A DNA stretch of 64,000 nucleotides from Ranitomeya imitator (GCF_032444005.1 NC_091291.1:129394001-129458000); one strand, 5' to 3'; positions 37,706 through 52,634 are shown, counted from the first letter of the stretch. The notes: generated by a model not told the origin, from the sequence alone. Translations and numbers: made by a program.

Positions 37706-40700
37706 GAGCGCGGCGCACAGACAGGAACAGAAGGAAAGGGAGAGAGACAAAGCGCGGCACACAGACAGGAACAGAAAGGGAGAGCGGCGCACAGACAGGA
37801 ACAGAAAGAAAGGGAGAGGGAGAGCGGCGCACACAGACAGGAACAGAAAGAGTGGGAGAGGGAGAACGGCACACAGACAGGAACAGAAGGAAAGGGAGAG
37901 CGACAAAGCGCGGCACACAGACAGGAACAGAAGGAAAGGGAGAGCGACAAAGCGCGGCACACAGACAGGAACAGAAGGAAAGGGAGAGCGACAAAGCGCG
38001 GCACACAGACAGGAACAGAAAGGGAGAGCGGCGCACAGACAGGAACAGAAAGAAAGGGAGAGGGAGAGCGGCGCACACAGACAGGAACAGAAAGAGTGGG
38101 AGAGGGAGAACGGCACACAGACAGGAACAGAAGGAAAGGGAGAGCGACAAAGCGCGGCACACAGACAGGAACAGAAGGAAAGGGAGAGCGACAAAGCGCG
38201 GCACACAGACAGGAACAGAAGGAAAGGGAGAGCGACAAAGCGCGGCACACAGACAGGAACAGAAAGGGAGAGCGGCGCACAGACAGGAACAGAAAGAAAG
38301 GGAGAGGGAGAGCGGCGCACAGACAGGAACAGAAAGAAAGTGAGAGGGAGAGCGGGGCACAGACAGGAACAGAAGGAAAGGGAGAGCGGCGCACAGACCG
38401 GAACAGAAAGAACGGGAGAGCGGCACACAGACAGGAACAAAAAGAAAGGGAGAGGGAGAGCAACGCACAGACAGGAACAGAAGGAAAGGGAGAGGGAGAG
38501 CGGCGCACAGACAGGAACAGAAATAAAGGGAGAGGGAGATCGGTGCACAGACAGGAAGAGAAAGAAAGGGAGAGGGAGAGCGGCACACAGACAGGAACAG
38601 AAAGAAAGGGAGAGCGGCACACAGACAGGAACAGAAAGAAAGGGAGAGCGGCACACAGACAGGAACAGAAGGAAAGGGAGAGGGAGAGCGGCACACAGAC
38701 AGGAACAGAAAAAAAGGGAGAGCGGTGCACAGACAGGAACAGAAAGGGAGAACGGCACACAGACAGGAACAGAAGGAAAGGGAGAGCAACAGAAAGCGCG
38801 GCACACAGACAGGAACACACAGAAAGGGAGAAGGAGAGCGGCGCACAGACAGGAAAAGAAAGAAAGGGAGAGGGAGAGCAACGCACAGACAGGAACAGAA
38901 AGAAAGGGAGAGGGAGACCGGCGCACACAGACAGGAACAGAAAGAAAGGGAGAGGGAGAGCGGCACACAGACAGGAACACACAGAAAGGGAGAAGGAGAG
39001 CGGCGCACAGACAGGAACAGAAAGAAAGGGAGAGGGAGAGCAACGCACAGACAGGAACAGAAGGAAAGGGAGAGGGAGAGCGGCACACAGACAGGAACAC
39101 ACAGAAAGGGAGAAGGAGAGCGGCGCACAGACAGGAAAAGAAAGAAAGGGAGAGGGAGAGCAACGCACAGACAGGAACAAAAGGAAAGGGAGAGGGAGAG
39201 GGAGAGCAACGCACAGACAGGAACAGAAAGAAAGGGAGAGGGAGAGCGGCGCACACAGACAGGAACAGAAAGAAAGGGAGAGGGAGAGCGGCACACAGAC
39301 AGGAACACACAGAAAGGGAGAAGGAGAGCGGCGCACAGACAGGAACAGAAAGAAAGGGAGAGGGAGAGCGGCGCACAGACAGGAACAGAAAGAAAGGGAG
39401 AGGGAGAGCAACGCACAGACAGGAACAGAAGGAAAGGGAGAGGGAGAGCGGCACACAGATAGGAACACACAGAAAGGGAGAAGGAGAGCGGCGCACAGAC
39501 AGGAAAAGAAAGAAAGGGAGAGGGAGAGCAACGCACAGACAGGAACAAAAGGAAAGGGAGAGGGAGAGCAACGCACAGACAGGAACAGAAAGAAAGGGAG
39601 AGGAAGAGCGGCGCACACAGACAGGAACAGAAAGAAAGGGAGAGCGGCACACAGACAGGAACACACAGAAAGGGAGAAGGAGAGCGGCGCACAGACAGGA
39701 ACAGAAAGAAAGGGAGAGGGAGAGCAAGGGAGAGGGAGAGCAACGCACAGACAGGAACAGAAGGAAAGGGAGAGGGAGAGCGGCACACAGACAGGAACAC
39801 ACAGAAAGGGAGAAGGAGAGCGGCGCACAGACAGGAACAGAAAGAAAGGGAGAGGGAGAGCAAGGGAGAGGGAGAGCAACGCACAGACAGGAACAGAAGG
39901 AAAGGGAGAGGGAGAGCGGCACACAGACAGGAACACACAGAAAGGGAGAAGGAGAGCGGCGCACAGACAGGAAAAGAAAGAAAGGGAGAGGGAGAGCAAC
40001 GCACAGACAGGAACAGAAGGAAAGGGAGAGGGAGAGCAGCACACAGACAGGAACAGAAAGAGAGGGAGAGCAACACACAGACAGGAACAGAAGGAAAGGG
40101 AGAGGGAGAGCGGCACACAGACAGGAACAGAAAGAAAGGGAGAAGGAGAGCGGCGCACAGACAGGAAAAGAAAGAAAGGGGGAGGGAGAGCAACGCACAG
40201 ACAAGAACAGAAGGAAAGGGAGAGGGAGAGCGGCACACAGACAGGAACACACAGAAAGGGAGAAAGAGAGCGGCGCACAGACAGGAAAAGAAAGAAAGGG
40301 AGAGGGAGAGCAACGCACAGACAGGAACAAAAGGAAAGGGAGAGGGAGAGCAACGCACAGACAGGAACAGAAAGAAAGGGAGAGGGAGACCGGCGCACAG
40401 ACAGGAACAGAAAGAAAGAAAGAGGGAGAGCGGGGCACAGACAGGAACAGAAAAAAGGGAGAGTGGCACACAGACAGGAACACACAGAAAGGGAGAAGGA
40501 GAGCGGCGCACAGACAGGAAAAGAAAGAAAGGGAGAGGGAGAGCGGCACACAGACAGGAACACACAGAAAGGGAGAAGGAGAGCGGCGCACAGACAGGAA
40601 CAGAAGGAAAGGGAGAGGGAGAGCGGCACACAGACAGGAACACACAGAAAGGGAGAAGGAGAGCGGCGCACAGACAGGAAAAGAAAGAAAGGGAGAGGGA

Positions 40701-41070
40701 GAGCAATGCACAGACAGGAACAGAAGGAAAGGGAGAGGGAGAGCGGCGCACAGACAGGAACAGAAAGAAAGGGAGAGCAACGCACAGACAGGAACAGAAG
40801 GAAAGGGAGAGGGAGAGCGGCACACAGACAGGAACAGAAAGAAAGGGAGAGGGAGACCGACGCACAGACAGGAACAGAAAGAAAGGGAGAGGGAGACCGA
40901 CGCACAGACAGGAACAGAAAGAAAGGGAGAGCGGCGCACAGACAGGAACAGAAAGAAAGGGAGAGGGAGAGCGGGGCACAGACAGGAACAGAAAGAAAGG
41001 GAGAGGGCGAGCGGGGCACAGACAGGAACAGAAAGAAAGGGAGGGCGACAGAGGGAGGGAGGGCGACACA
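37706..41070. repeat. 3.4-kb purine-rich minisatellite, variable ~34-46-bp unit (CACAGACAGGAACAGAARGAAAGGGAGA[GGGAGA]GCGGCR)
   Basis: Directly visible. It explains the >1000 aa ORFs on both strands. Confidence 0.95.
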
Positions 41071-42019
41071 GGGAGGGCAACAGAAGATGAGAGGAAGATA
41101 GGAAGAAAGAACAAGATACCGTACACCCTCTTTAGGGATTGTTAGTCACCTGTACAATCCCTTTGTCTGTGTGCCACATTAGCATAAAGGGAAAAAAAAT
41201 ATATATCATATATATATTCTTTTTTTCTTTTGTCAAATGCAGCATGGTGTACGTATACCATGTTTCATGCATTTTCCTATAGGCACCCAGTTTGCTTGAG
41301 TGTCAGGCATGATCTCTTTAGCTGGGTAAAAAAATGGGATATTCTATTCAGAACTGTGCAGGAAAGAATGACATTTCTCTCTCCATGGTCATCTACGTCT
41401 TCATGCAGATTTCTGGCTAATTTATTTGAAGCCTTTAATATAATAGCATATCATTAGAAAATGTTTATCCAGTGGTAAATTATATTCGATTCCCCGCACG
41501 AGATTCCGGCACAGACTCTGCTAAAAAGCGCTGCCTGATATGTAATTAAAAAGAGCCGTATGAAATCTTTCATGTCCTCCAGAAATGGGTGTCATTTGTA
41601 ATTTCTTAAATTATGAGAATAGTGGCACGATGTATTATTAAGCCTCTTGCTAGCCAGCTCTCCCTTCATCTGGTCCAGGCAAGAACTGCCTGAGGTGCAC
41701 AGAACAAATAAATGCCTTCTACATGGGGAGGGGAAGGAACACATTAATCTGCTTCTCAGGCCAACGAAGTAACAGCTATTCAGCAGTCATTCTGTGGGAG
41801 AGAGAATAAAAGGCACTTTGTAATTAAATTGCTGATTTCTTAGCCCCAGCGCTCTCACTGGTGGCCGGCCTTCTAGAGCCTGAACTCGTGGTGGTTCCAG
41901 ATGTCAATACTCAGAGGCTGGATATATATGGCCCCGATATACTAATAATGCTGCTTATATACACTACAATCATACCAGAAGTTTCTGGTATTCAGTTTGC
42001 ATTGCAGATCCTCTGCCCT

Positions 42020-43965
42020 CATTCATGGGCCTCTACTTGCCCCATTCCCCTGCCCTCTTTCATAAGTTTCTCATTAATTGCTCCATTCCCCTGCCATTTT
42101 TCATAGATCTCTTATTACTTGCCCCTTTCCTCTACTCGCTTTCATGGGTCTCATTACTTGCTCTGTTCCTCTGCCCTCTTTCACGGGTCTCATTACTTGC
42201 TCTGTTCCTCTGCCCTCTTTCACGGGTCTCATTACTTGCACCATTCCTCTGCCTTCTTTCATGGGTCTGTCACTACTTGCTCCTTTCTTTCATGGGTCTC
42301 ATTAATTGCCCCTTTCCTCTACCCTCTTTTATGGGTCTGTCACTACTTGCTCCTTTCTTTCATGGGTCTCATTAATTGCCCCTTTCCTCTACCCTCTTTT
42401 ATGGGTTTATCATTACTTGCTCCTTTATTTCATGGGTCTCATTACTTGCTCCGTTCCTCTGCCCTCTTTCATGGGTCTCATTTTTCCCATTTGCTCTGCC
42501 CTCTTTCATGGGTCTCTTGTTACTTGCCCCTTTCCTCTACCCTCTTTTATGGGTCTGTCACTACTTGCACCGTTCCTTTGCCCTCTTTCATGGGTCTCGT
42601 TTCTTGCCCCTTTCCTCTACCCTCTTGCATGGGTCTCGTATTACTTGACCATTCCTCTGCCCTCTTGCATGGGTCTCATTTTTCCCATTTGCTGTGCCTT
42701 CTTTCATGGGTCTCATTTCTTGCTCCTTTTCCTTTGCCCTCTTTCATGGGTCTCTTGTTACTTGCCCCTTTCCTCTACCCTCTTTTATGGGTCTGTCACT
42801 ACTTGCACCGTTCCTTTGCCCTCTTTTATGGGTCTGTCATTACCTGCTCCTTTCTTTCATGGGTCTCATTACTTGCTCTGTTCCTCTGCCCTCTTTCACG
42901 GGTCTCATTACTTGCACCATTCCTCTGCCTTCTTTCATGGGTCTCTTGTTACTTGCCCCTTTCCTCTACCCTCTTTTATGGGTCTGTCACTACTTGCTCC
43001 TTTCTTTCATGGGTCTCATTAATTGCCCCTTTCCTCTACCCTCTTTTATGGGTTTATCATTACTTGCTCCTTTATTTCATGGGTCTCATTACTTGCTCCG
43101 TTCCTCTGCCCTCTTTCATGGGTCTCATTTTTCCCATTTGCTCTGCCCTCTTTCATGGGTCTCATTTCTTGCACTTTTCTTTTGCCCTCTTTCATGGGTC
43201 TCTTGTTACTTGCCCCTTTCCTCTACCCTCTTTTATGGGTTTATCATTACTTGCTCCTTTATTTCATGGGTCTCATTACTTGCTCAGTTCCTCTGCCCTC
43301 TTTCATGGGTCTCATTTTTCCCATTTGCTCTGCCCTCTTTCATGGGTCTCATTTCTTGCACTTTTCTTTTGCCCTCTTTCATGGGTCTCTTGTTACTTGC
43401 CCCTTTCCTCTACCCTCTTTTATGGGTCTGACACTACTTGCACCGTTCCTTTGCCCTCTTTCATGGGTCTCGTTTCTTGCCCCTTTCCTCTACCCTCTTG
43501 CATGGGTCTCGTATTACTTGACCGTTCCTCTGCCCTCTTTTCATGGGTCTCATTTTTCCCATTTGCTGTGCCTTCTTTCATGGGTCTCATTTCTTGCACT
43601 TTTCTTTTGCCCTCTTTCATGGGTCTCTTGTTACTTGCCCCTTTCCTCTACCCTCTTTTATGGGTCTGTCACTACTTGCACCGTTCCTTTGCCCTCTTTT
43701 ATGGGTCTGTCATTACCTGCTCCTTTCTTTCATGGGTCTCATTACTTGCTCTGTTCCTCTGCCCTCTTTCATGGGTCTCTCATTACTTGCACCATTCCTC
43801 TGCCCTCTTTCATGGGTCTCGTTTCTTGCCCCTTTCCACTACCCTCTTTTATGGGTCTGTCATTACTCACACCATTCTTCTGCCCTTTTTCATCGGTCTC
43901 TTGCTACTTTTCCATTCCTGTGCCCTCTTTCATGGGTCTCATTACTTGCCCCGTTCCTCTGCCCT
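42020..43965. repeat. Pyrimidine-rich ~36-41-bp minisatellite (TTCATGGGTCTCATTACTTGCTCCGTTCCTCTGCCCTCT) with block duplications
   Basis: Directly visible. Multi-unit blocks recur, for example ~42375 and ~43021. Confidence 0.95.
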
Positions 43966-45052
43966 CTACGTCCACATAGCTGTGAAACGCAACAAGTTTC
44001 CAGTATGGTTTTTTTTGGGTAAAAATCCTATGCAAGAACCAGCATTGCGGATAGGAGTCTCATCTGCAGACTACACTAAAAATCCACAGTATAGCGGACC
44101 GGTACTGGAGGATTTGACCAACAGGATGTCAATTTATGCTGTTACCCTTTACCACACTAAGTGTAAAATCTGCATTTCTGCATTTGAAAAAATTAAAAAT
44201 CACCCGATTAATACACATTTTGTGGCAGCAGAAGTACAGTTACTGTTTTGCTTTGTAGTTAGGAGCGCCACGGTGCAAATCATATTATAGAATGGGCATA
44301 CCCATCTATGGAGGATCAGGCATGGTAAATTTCAGCATGCCCAATCATTCAGTTTGCTGGAAATGAAGTCACAGACTCACCAGAGTCTACCTTTCCCCTA
44401 CTGAATAAACACGCCCTCAAGGCCACGTAAGCATATTTGTGGGACAATCTATGGCCTAAATGAAAAGTCTTCAAGACAGAGAAGATGCACAAGATGTAAC
44501 TCAAAGAAGGAGAAGGATTGTATTCACCACTTCGGACGTGCGAGAACAAAAAGATCTCATCAACCATTAATGTCGGTAAGATATCTGCCCACGTAGAGAC
44601 GTTGTGAGCCAAATCTCTGTAGAGATGGATTCCCGCTGCACTATCTTGGCTCAGCTAAGCTTTTAGGGATGTGTGTCACGCTTGTGGACAATTTCCAGGC
44701 AGAATTATAAACGCAGCTCTTGGCTACAGTACAGGATTTAGTCCTATGATGGTACAAGATAAATGATGTGATTTATTTCCAAATGTACTAAAAATTTGAC
44801 AAAAATTCTGTATGCAACCAATAAAATGGTGTCCGGAGTTGGGCATAGCCCAGAAGTGCCAAAACCGCCAGTGAGATCTGACGCGTTACAACCCTCTTCT
44901 ACAAAAACACAAGAGCCACCTAGTGATATAAAACCGCAGTGAACACTTTCTCAGCGAACAATCCGTCACACGTCTTTTAGATTTGTTGGGTGTCAGCAAA
45001 AAAAAAAAAAACCCAAAAAAACAACAAGTCCTGGATACCTAAACCCGACCAA

Positions 45053-45526
45053 AGGGAATCTGTCAGTAGGATCAACCCTCCTAAGCCTCTCTATGGGCAT
45101 GTAGGTCATTCGAAGCAGAATAAAATGATATCTTGATATTTGCGATCACATTTTTCTTAATATGTAAATAAGCGGTGAAGATCTATGGGCCGGACATAGA
45201 TCCCCCCGAGAATCTGCCTCCAGAGCGTAGAGGAGGTGTTACCAGTGTGAGACATGTAATGACTGACAGTCCGCTCTCCTGATCTACATGTCTCACACTA
45301 GTAATGACTACTTTCATTTACAATAAGCTCTGGAGGCAGATTCTCTTGGAGATCTATGTCCGGCCCATAGATCTTAAGAGCTCATTTACATATTAAGAAA
45401 AACGTAGATTTCTCAGGTATAATGCATCGGATCGCATACATCAAGGTATCATTTTATTCAGTTTCCTATGACCTACATGCCCATATAGACGGCTTAGGAG
45501 GGTTGACCATACTGATAAGATTCCCT
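45053..45526. mobile_element. T2/Kolobok-type MITE, same family as 23074-23559
   Basis: AGGGAATCTGTCAGTAGGATCAACCCTCCTAA start and ..GATTCCCT|TTAA end. Collinear with the 23-kb copy. Confidence 0.85.
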
Positions 45527-48500
45527 TTAATTCGAAACCTATGGTAGCATCACACAAAGATGAAAAGGCCAATCAGCCCATTTTGGACCGACGGTGGCCA
45601 TGTCAGGGCATGGCGAACTGCACTATCTAGCTGGATCATTCTGTATCTGCCGCTTCATATAGACAAACATACTCTGAGTGGCTATTCGGTGCACATAATC
45701 GGCTCTGGCAGACATGTCGGCCTCAATTGCAAGGCTTCCTTCTGAGGGCTCTTTGTTTAGTGGCTGTCTACAGAAACGCTACAGCGATACTGACAAGTGC
45801 ACATATTGACTACATGGATATGCCTGGGTGTTTAACCAAGCTCGGAAAGTAGACAATAACTATCCGGCCGATTTCGTGCTCATCTGCAATAGCACCGGAT
45901 GTAAACACGGCAGCGAGAGCGATTAGCACTGACAACATATGCGCAGAGCCGGGCCGTGCTACACGCGGCTGCATTCGGCACAGCTGGCTGCCATTTTACA
46001 TTGTTAAGCACATCCAAGGCTGTCCGCGCCTATTAACACATGGCTGTGCCCAAGAAGCCTCATTCCAAAGCAATTACGGTAATTGCAACCCATGTACAGC
46101 GTGCAATAACAAAAAAATGCAAGCACAGCGGGTGAAAATAAAATGAAAAATAGGCGGAAATGTGCAAAGGGTTAACCAAGGTTTGCAAGGCTACACTGGA
46201 TGTTGCAGAGGATAAATCACTCCGGTCCTTGGACTGAGTAAAACATGATAGAGTACAGGATCCATGTAATCCTCTTTCCTGTGCTGCAGCGCTTGCTAAC
46301 AAGATTGTACAGCATTCACATTGGATCAGCTGTGCTGTGACCTCTACCGACAGCCACAATAACCAATATTAATACCAGGCCGATAGCGGGTACGGGGGAA
46401 GCTTCACTGTTCCCAATCGCAAGCATCACTGAGAAAAAATAAAAGGGAAGGTGAAGACGAGGAGCGTGTCGTATAAAGCTACAGGACCAAGACAACAGCC
46501 AGTACCGAAATGCCCGGGGATCAGAGAGACTTTAATAATGGTCGAACTAAAGATCGACTTATCTTATAGACTGCACATCGTATTGAGAAATGATTGAGGA
46601 AACTAAAAATTTGTAAATTTGTGAAAATTAAATTGGTAATAAAAATTCCAATCTTGAAAACAAAATATATTTTTGTTGCATACTCGATATTTAGGCGTAA
46701 TGTAATTAACGAAGACCTGTCGGCTATCCTACGATGTCAGCTTTGGGTAATATTTGTGTTCTTTGTGGCGTAATTGTGGATCATCTTTGTGACGTCCCTC
46801 TGTTATTCTCCGTGGAACTTTATGAACACTGACACTAGTCAAAAGAGGCGTGATTCTGGCAGTGCTGATTGGACGGTGAGAGAAGGTGTCGGCGCACGCC
46901 CCCTATTGCTAACACCCAATTGTCAATTTAGTCAATTCAATTCTAGTAGGAACAACAGAGGAAGACCAGAGTTGTAAGAAAGGATGATCCAGAACGGTTA
47001 TTCAATGAAGAACACATTTTATAGTAAAACAAATGTCCGGCGGGGGTGGTGACGGACACTCTAAAGTGCACATCCAATAACTTAAGAAAAACCATTAAAT
47101 GGCTTGTCCTTTATAAAAATGGACCATAATAACCTTTACAAATAAAGGTTTCTTCTGCTTTTATACCAACACTGCCTGGATCCCCCTTATCCTCCTCTAT
47201 ACAGACACTTGAGCGCTGCCGCCAATCACTGGTGACCGTGATTAGAATCACGCCCGACGCACCATAAGAAGCAGAACGGTGTTTGGAGGCATGCGCCAGC
47301 GGGGAAACAGACTGCAATTGTGCACTTTTTTCAGGAGTGTACGCCTACAGGAGAAGGACACTCCGAGCAGTAGTTGGCTACTGAAAAGAAACGTATACCA
47401 TGCGGTAGATGTTTGCATTTTGAGGATATTTGTTTCGTTTTGTTTTTTACGATGGGTCCATTAGGAGGCATCCATCCTGACTGTGGCCACTTTTGGGCGT
47501 ATGTACCCAACCGTAGGTGCAAATACTCAGCCTGCACCCATCTTTAAGCCACCCACAGCCGTACAGTCAGTGTGTCATCACGTGTCCGGTGTTGAATCAC
47601 CGAAGTCCTTTGTTGTACGACTTAACGAGCGCCCTCTAAATACTTGTACGCTTTGAAATCAGATGTTTATACACTTAGGCGTCTTATATTTAGCCAAGGC
47701 GTGGCTGAAATGCTGTGAAGTGATCCATCGGAAGAGCCACATCTAATGGCCATCCTTGAGTCATCCGGCTTCTTCGGCTGCCCTAATGAGCCGTTTACAA
47801 TGCACAGGATCCATAAGTGCGGTATAATTCACAGTTGTGCTGCTTTTTTTTTTAATGAGGCCACACCTTCTGTAAAATAAGGTCAGATACCTTGTGTTAA
47901 TTACCCACTCGACTAATGTGACGCGACAATTTTTTTTTTAGTCTTTAGAATATGAAGACATTCAGAGAAGCCGATCGATCTCTCACTTAAAACCTCCGCC
48001 GCTCCCGCACATCTCCGTCTTTGTTCCTCACCGCCAATATTTCGGATGTTGCCGTCTATCGATCAGTGCGATGACAGGGCGATTTGCTTTTTTTTTCTTT
48101 TTTTTTTTTTTTTTTGCAAACGATGAGAATAATCTTGCATCAAGCAGCCATTTTAATACAAGCAATTGTTTTTTTTGCTGCTTTCCAGGCAGCAGAATTA
48201 GTACAAACAGGTCAATCAATCACAGCAGTGTCAAAGTTAAGATTTTGCGAAATGTGATTAAATTTTGTGATTAATGGTGAAAGGGGTGAAAAAAAAAAAT
48301 ACTATTTTGGAGCAAGACCTCTATTTCACACATTTGTGCAGTAAAAATAATTAAAAAAATTAAAATAAAAAAAAAAAAATCGAATCAATGGCATGCAAAT
48401 AATCACTTGGGAAGAAAAGGAAATCTGCAAGATTGGCGTCAACTACAGATTAGTATGAGAATGTAATTCCGGTTGATCAAAAGGGAAAAAAAAAAAAAAA

Positions 48501-51500
48501 AAAAGTATCAGAAAACTGGGCTAAATAATAATTTAGAATGATTTAGACATGCAAACTAAAGGTCATGGTTATGTTTCACATCCGAAAACACGTTTCAAAT
48601 TCTCTCAATGCAAAGAAAATGCAATTGGAGTATTAAATATCCCACCGTTTTGTGTCTACAGGTCCTATGCAGACGATGAATCTCCATGGAAGCAGATAAG
48701 CGGTGTAGTCCGATACTGCAAGGGTATACTCTGCCCCTACTTTTGACTATCCTACACAGCGGATAAATGGAAAAAAAAAGTGTAAGACTGCAGGTGTCAG
48801 ACTACAAAGAACTTTGTTTGCAGTCTGTTACCATGGAGATGCATAGTCTGCATAGGAGCTTTGGAAACAAAAAGGATAGGGTTTGTTTGTTGTTTCTTTC
48901 TTGGGGGGAGGGGTGGAAGACCTCTTGCTAAGTATCTTCATTCATTCCTGTTTCTTTTTGGACTGGGACTCCCAAGGTTCTTAAAGGAGTTGTCCAGAAT
49001 TGACATACCAATAGCTTAACCAAAAGTTCAGCACAAGGCACCCCAACGATCAGTTGTTGTCTAGCAGAGCTCTGAATGCTCAGCTGTGCACAATCCGGCC
49101 AACACACCCGATGGGCAGTTAACTGTGAGCATTGAGAGAAAGCTGCCGATCACTGGTGGGGGCGGGGATATACAGATCAGCTGACCAGGAGGCACGAGAC
49201 GCCTAGTCCTGTAGTGATAATCTCCTGCTGATAAAACACTGATTTTATTAAAAACAAACACAGTCCAGTAAGTGATACATGGCTGGAATCAGGCCCTCGG
49301 CCCCCTATATTATAGAGGTCTGAGATTACATATCAAAAACTTGCGGACAAAATTGCCTTCAATGCGAGTATTTTTTTTTATTTTTTATTGTAATAATACA
49401 AATATTTACAGACTGGATAGTTATTCATAAAATGAAAACTTGGCAATCCCCACTTCTCCTGAGGACAGGGGCATTTTAGAGCCTTGTACTTGGGATCAGT
49501 GGGGTCAATTCTTTAGTCCCCAAATAAGTGCCTCACTATGAGTATATACATATCAAATTTTACAGAAAAAATTTTTTAAAAAAAATTATCGGTACACATC
49601 CGGAAAAATAACATGGCGTCTGATCTTTTGCACCAGCTTTACAATCCCAACTTAAAAAAATACATGAGGTGTTGTCAATTATCGGAGCTTGTCCTATTAT
49701 GCAAACACAACCTGAACGCTACACATTATCATGCCCTTTCGGAAGGAGATTAAGGATAATAAGCGCCTACGTAACTCATTGCTGCCGAGCCCGTTGGTGC
49801 CGTATAAATAAGCAGAGAGAACAATTTGCGTTTGGGGCGACTTTTTTTTTTTTCCTCCCTTTTAAATCTGTGCGGCACGTATAGCAGCTTCTGTCAGCTT
49901 CACCGCAGGAGCTTCATCTCTCCCCATAATGCATGAAAAGCAACCTGTCTAGATTATAAATGCCGCTCGTTGCCTTAATGCAAAGCATCCAGCGAGCCGA
50001 GAGCATTTTTATTTACCTGTGACAGCTCAGGCAGAATACATACCAAAACCATAGTAAATGTAGCAAGTATCTCTTTTAATAAACTGTCACAGAAGGAGAA
50101 GGGAAAAATAAAAAAAATGAAAAATAAAAAAAAAATGTGCTCCCAGCTGGGAACAGATTGATGGGCAGAGAATCCTTCAGGCATTAGATAGCATTATGCA
50201 GCTCGCACAAACTCACGGAGCTGTATTATTGGAGCCAGCACACTCCGTCAAAGCCAATTACCCCTGGGAAAATCTGGAGATGGGGGGACGGGGCTTTATA
50301 GACACCTTCTGTAACTGTCAAATGCTGTCCACTGGGGAGAGGGGGGAGAGGAGGGAGATGCTGCTGCAGCCTTGGCAGAATTGTGATCAAACATAATATA
50401 CTATTGTAGCAGCTTTGTTTACAGAGATCCGGATATGAAAGCTTCCAGACTAAATTAGAGATGTGTGCGGTGCTGAGAAGATCATTAGGCTTGTGATCAG
50501 AGCGACAGAGCTGTGCTGCTGCACAGTGACAGCGGCACTCAGGTACATACCTGTACACTTTATTTGGCTCACACTTTTCTTTTTTTTTTTTTTCCCCCCC
50601 CACCTCTTTCAAAACGCTATTTGCACACCAGTTACTTTGCCGACGAGTATGGATACGTATCCCTGGGAGGCCTTCAGTATGCTAAGTATATGCTAACTGT
50701 CCGCACATCAGCTGCTCAGACCCCATAGCTATTGCAAAACCGGCCGCTAATGAAAATGACACAATTAGGCAGCTGGGGCGATGTGGTTAAAAAAAAACTG
50801 GGTCCTCAATACTATAGGCTTAAATTTACTTAGCGCTATTCAATTTAAAGGTCTTGTCCTGCAACAAAAAACAAAGTGGAGGTGCAGTACCGCGCACAAC
50901 CTGTAGACAGGTGTGGCGCCATTTTCCGCTAAAAGTAGCTCTAATTCAGCAATATCCTTCAAATTCTTGGCAGAAGAAACCGTGATTTTCGCAGATTAAA
51001 TCATTTTGTGTTTGGGTGGGTTTTTCTGTCACACGTACAGATAGAGATGTGAGCTCCGATGGGGACAGCGACAATCAGCTCTGCAGAATAGGAAGCAGTT
51101 CTAATAAGCACAATTTTGCACATAATGGTAATGTTGATGGGTGCAGGCTCCATCTGGTCGATCGGAGTAAGGCTCTGTTCAATTTAAAGGGAAAAAAAAG
51201 GGGGTAGTCTCACTTTCCGTCTTCAGGAGCGCACCCGCTCCCCTGACTTCCGTTTACAAGGAAAACGGTGCGCTCTTGATTAGCGAACACGTTACAAGCA
51301 TGCGCTCTGCCCAAAAAACCAACCATCACTGATAGACTGCAGCGGTATTCGGTGATCTAGGCAATGAGTAGTCAATAATAGTTGGAAATCGCTCTATTCT
51401 AGAGATAGGAACGCATTTTATTTTACGTAAGAGAAACATTACTAAGTCGCTTGTTTTTACAAGCAATTTGCAATTTTAAAAATATAAATCAACCCCCTTT

Positions 51501-52382
51501 AAAAAGGTTTTTTTTTTTTTTATTTAATATTTTTTTTTATTTGCACTAATTAATTTTATTTTTAAAAAGGAATTGTCTCTGAAGCCTAATTCACCCATCC
51601 ATAGGAGAAGTGATAAATGTATAATTACTGGGGTTAAACTGCTGGAACTTCCACCAATTCCTAGAAAGTCCCAGGTGTGACTGGATCTGTAGTGAGCATG
51701 TGCGACCATTGGTGCCGCACATGCTCACAACTGCTTCGCTTGCACAAGGCATTGTGGGTCCACATTTTCAGGTCTCATCTAAATGTCAGGACTTTCCATG
51801 TAAGCGTACATAGAACTCGCACTTATTATAGTTTTTGTTGACGTTTATTTATTTTGGAGCCGGATTAGTCAGCGCTAAACTATGAAAACTCGTCAAATAT
51901 TTTTCTGATTCATGTATGAAACTCACCAATGCAAGTATGCATTCATGGTGGGGAAAAAAAAAAAAAAACGGACAACACTCTGTTGCTTTCCATTTTTAAT
52001 TGACTATTTGATAAGAGTAACTTCTATCGGCTTTTTTGGGGGGAGGGAGTTTTGCATACACAAAAAAAAAAAATTATGACATTCTGATGGTAAAAACGGA
52101 GACACTAACCAACAGCGATGAAAATGGGTCTTTTTTTTGGGTGTATGAGAAAAATGAAATTTTTTACAAGTGTAGTGATGAAAAGTAGAATTCCAGCAAA
52201 ATAAAAATGAACAAAGCAAAAAAAAAAAAAAAAATCTGCCGTGATGACTTTTTCTTTGCCAAACTAATAAGCTGTGCTATCCAAGTGAGTGCAGTCTAGT
52301 GTCCCATGAATGTGGCCATTTGCGGTTTTGATGAGGACAACCCAAAAAAAAAAAAAAAACTCTTAAGGGGATAGTCAAAGAC

Positions 52383-52634
52383 TAGGGATGAGCAGACCCG
52401 TGGAAGTTCAGGTTCTGGTACCCTACCCGCACTTTATCCCAAAGTTCAGAACTTGAACCCGAACCCCATTGACAACAATGAGGACCCGAACTTTTGAGCT
52501 GGAAAATTCTCTCTCTCGGAACACGGAACGTTCTTATGGACTTCCGGGAAAAGTCAGTGTTCGGCATTTACCACCGGATAGTAACGGTCCGGTATGAACC
52601 CTCGAATTTTTAAGTTTGGGTTCGCTCATCTCTA
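52383..52634. mobile_element. hAT-type MITE (TAGRGATGAGCG termini)
   Basis: TAGGGATGAGC ... GCTCATCTCTA. The 8-bp flanks are TCAAAGAC and TGAAAGAC (7/8 TSD). Confidence 0.8.

Noticed and set aside
37419-41126. ORFs of 1000-1235 aa on both strands
   Set aside because: They are translations of a minisatellite that lacks stop codons in several frames. No domain content or splice context.
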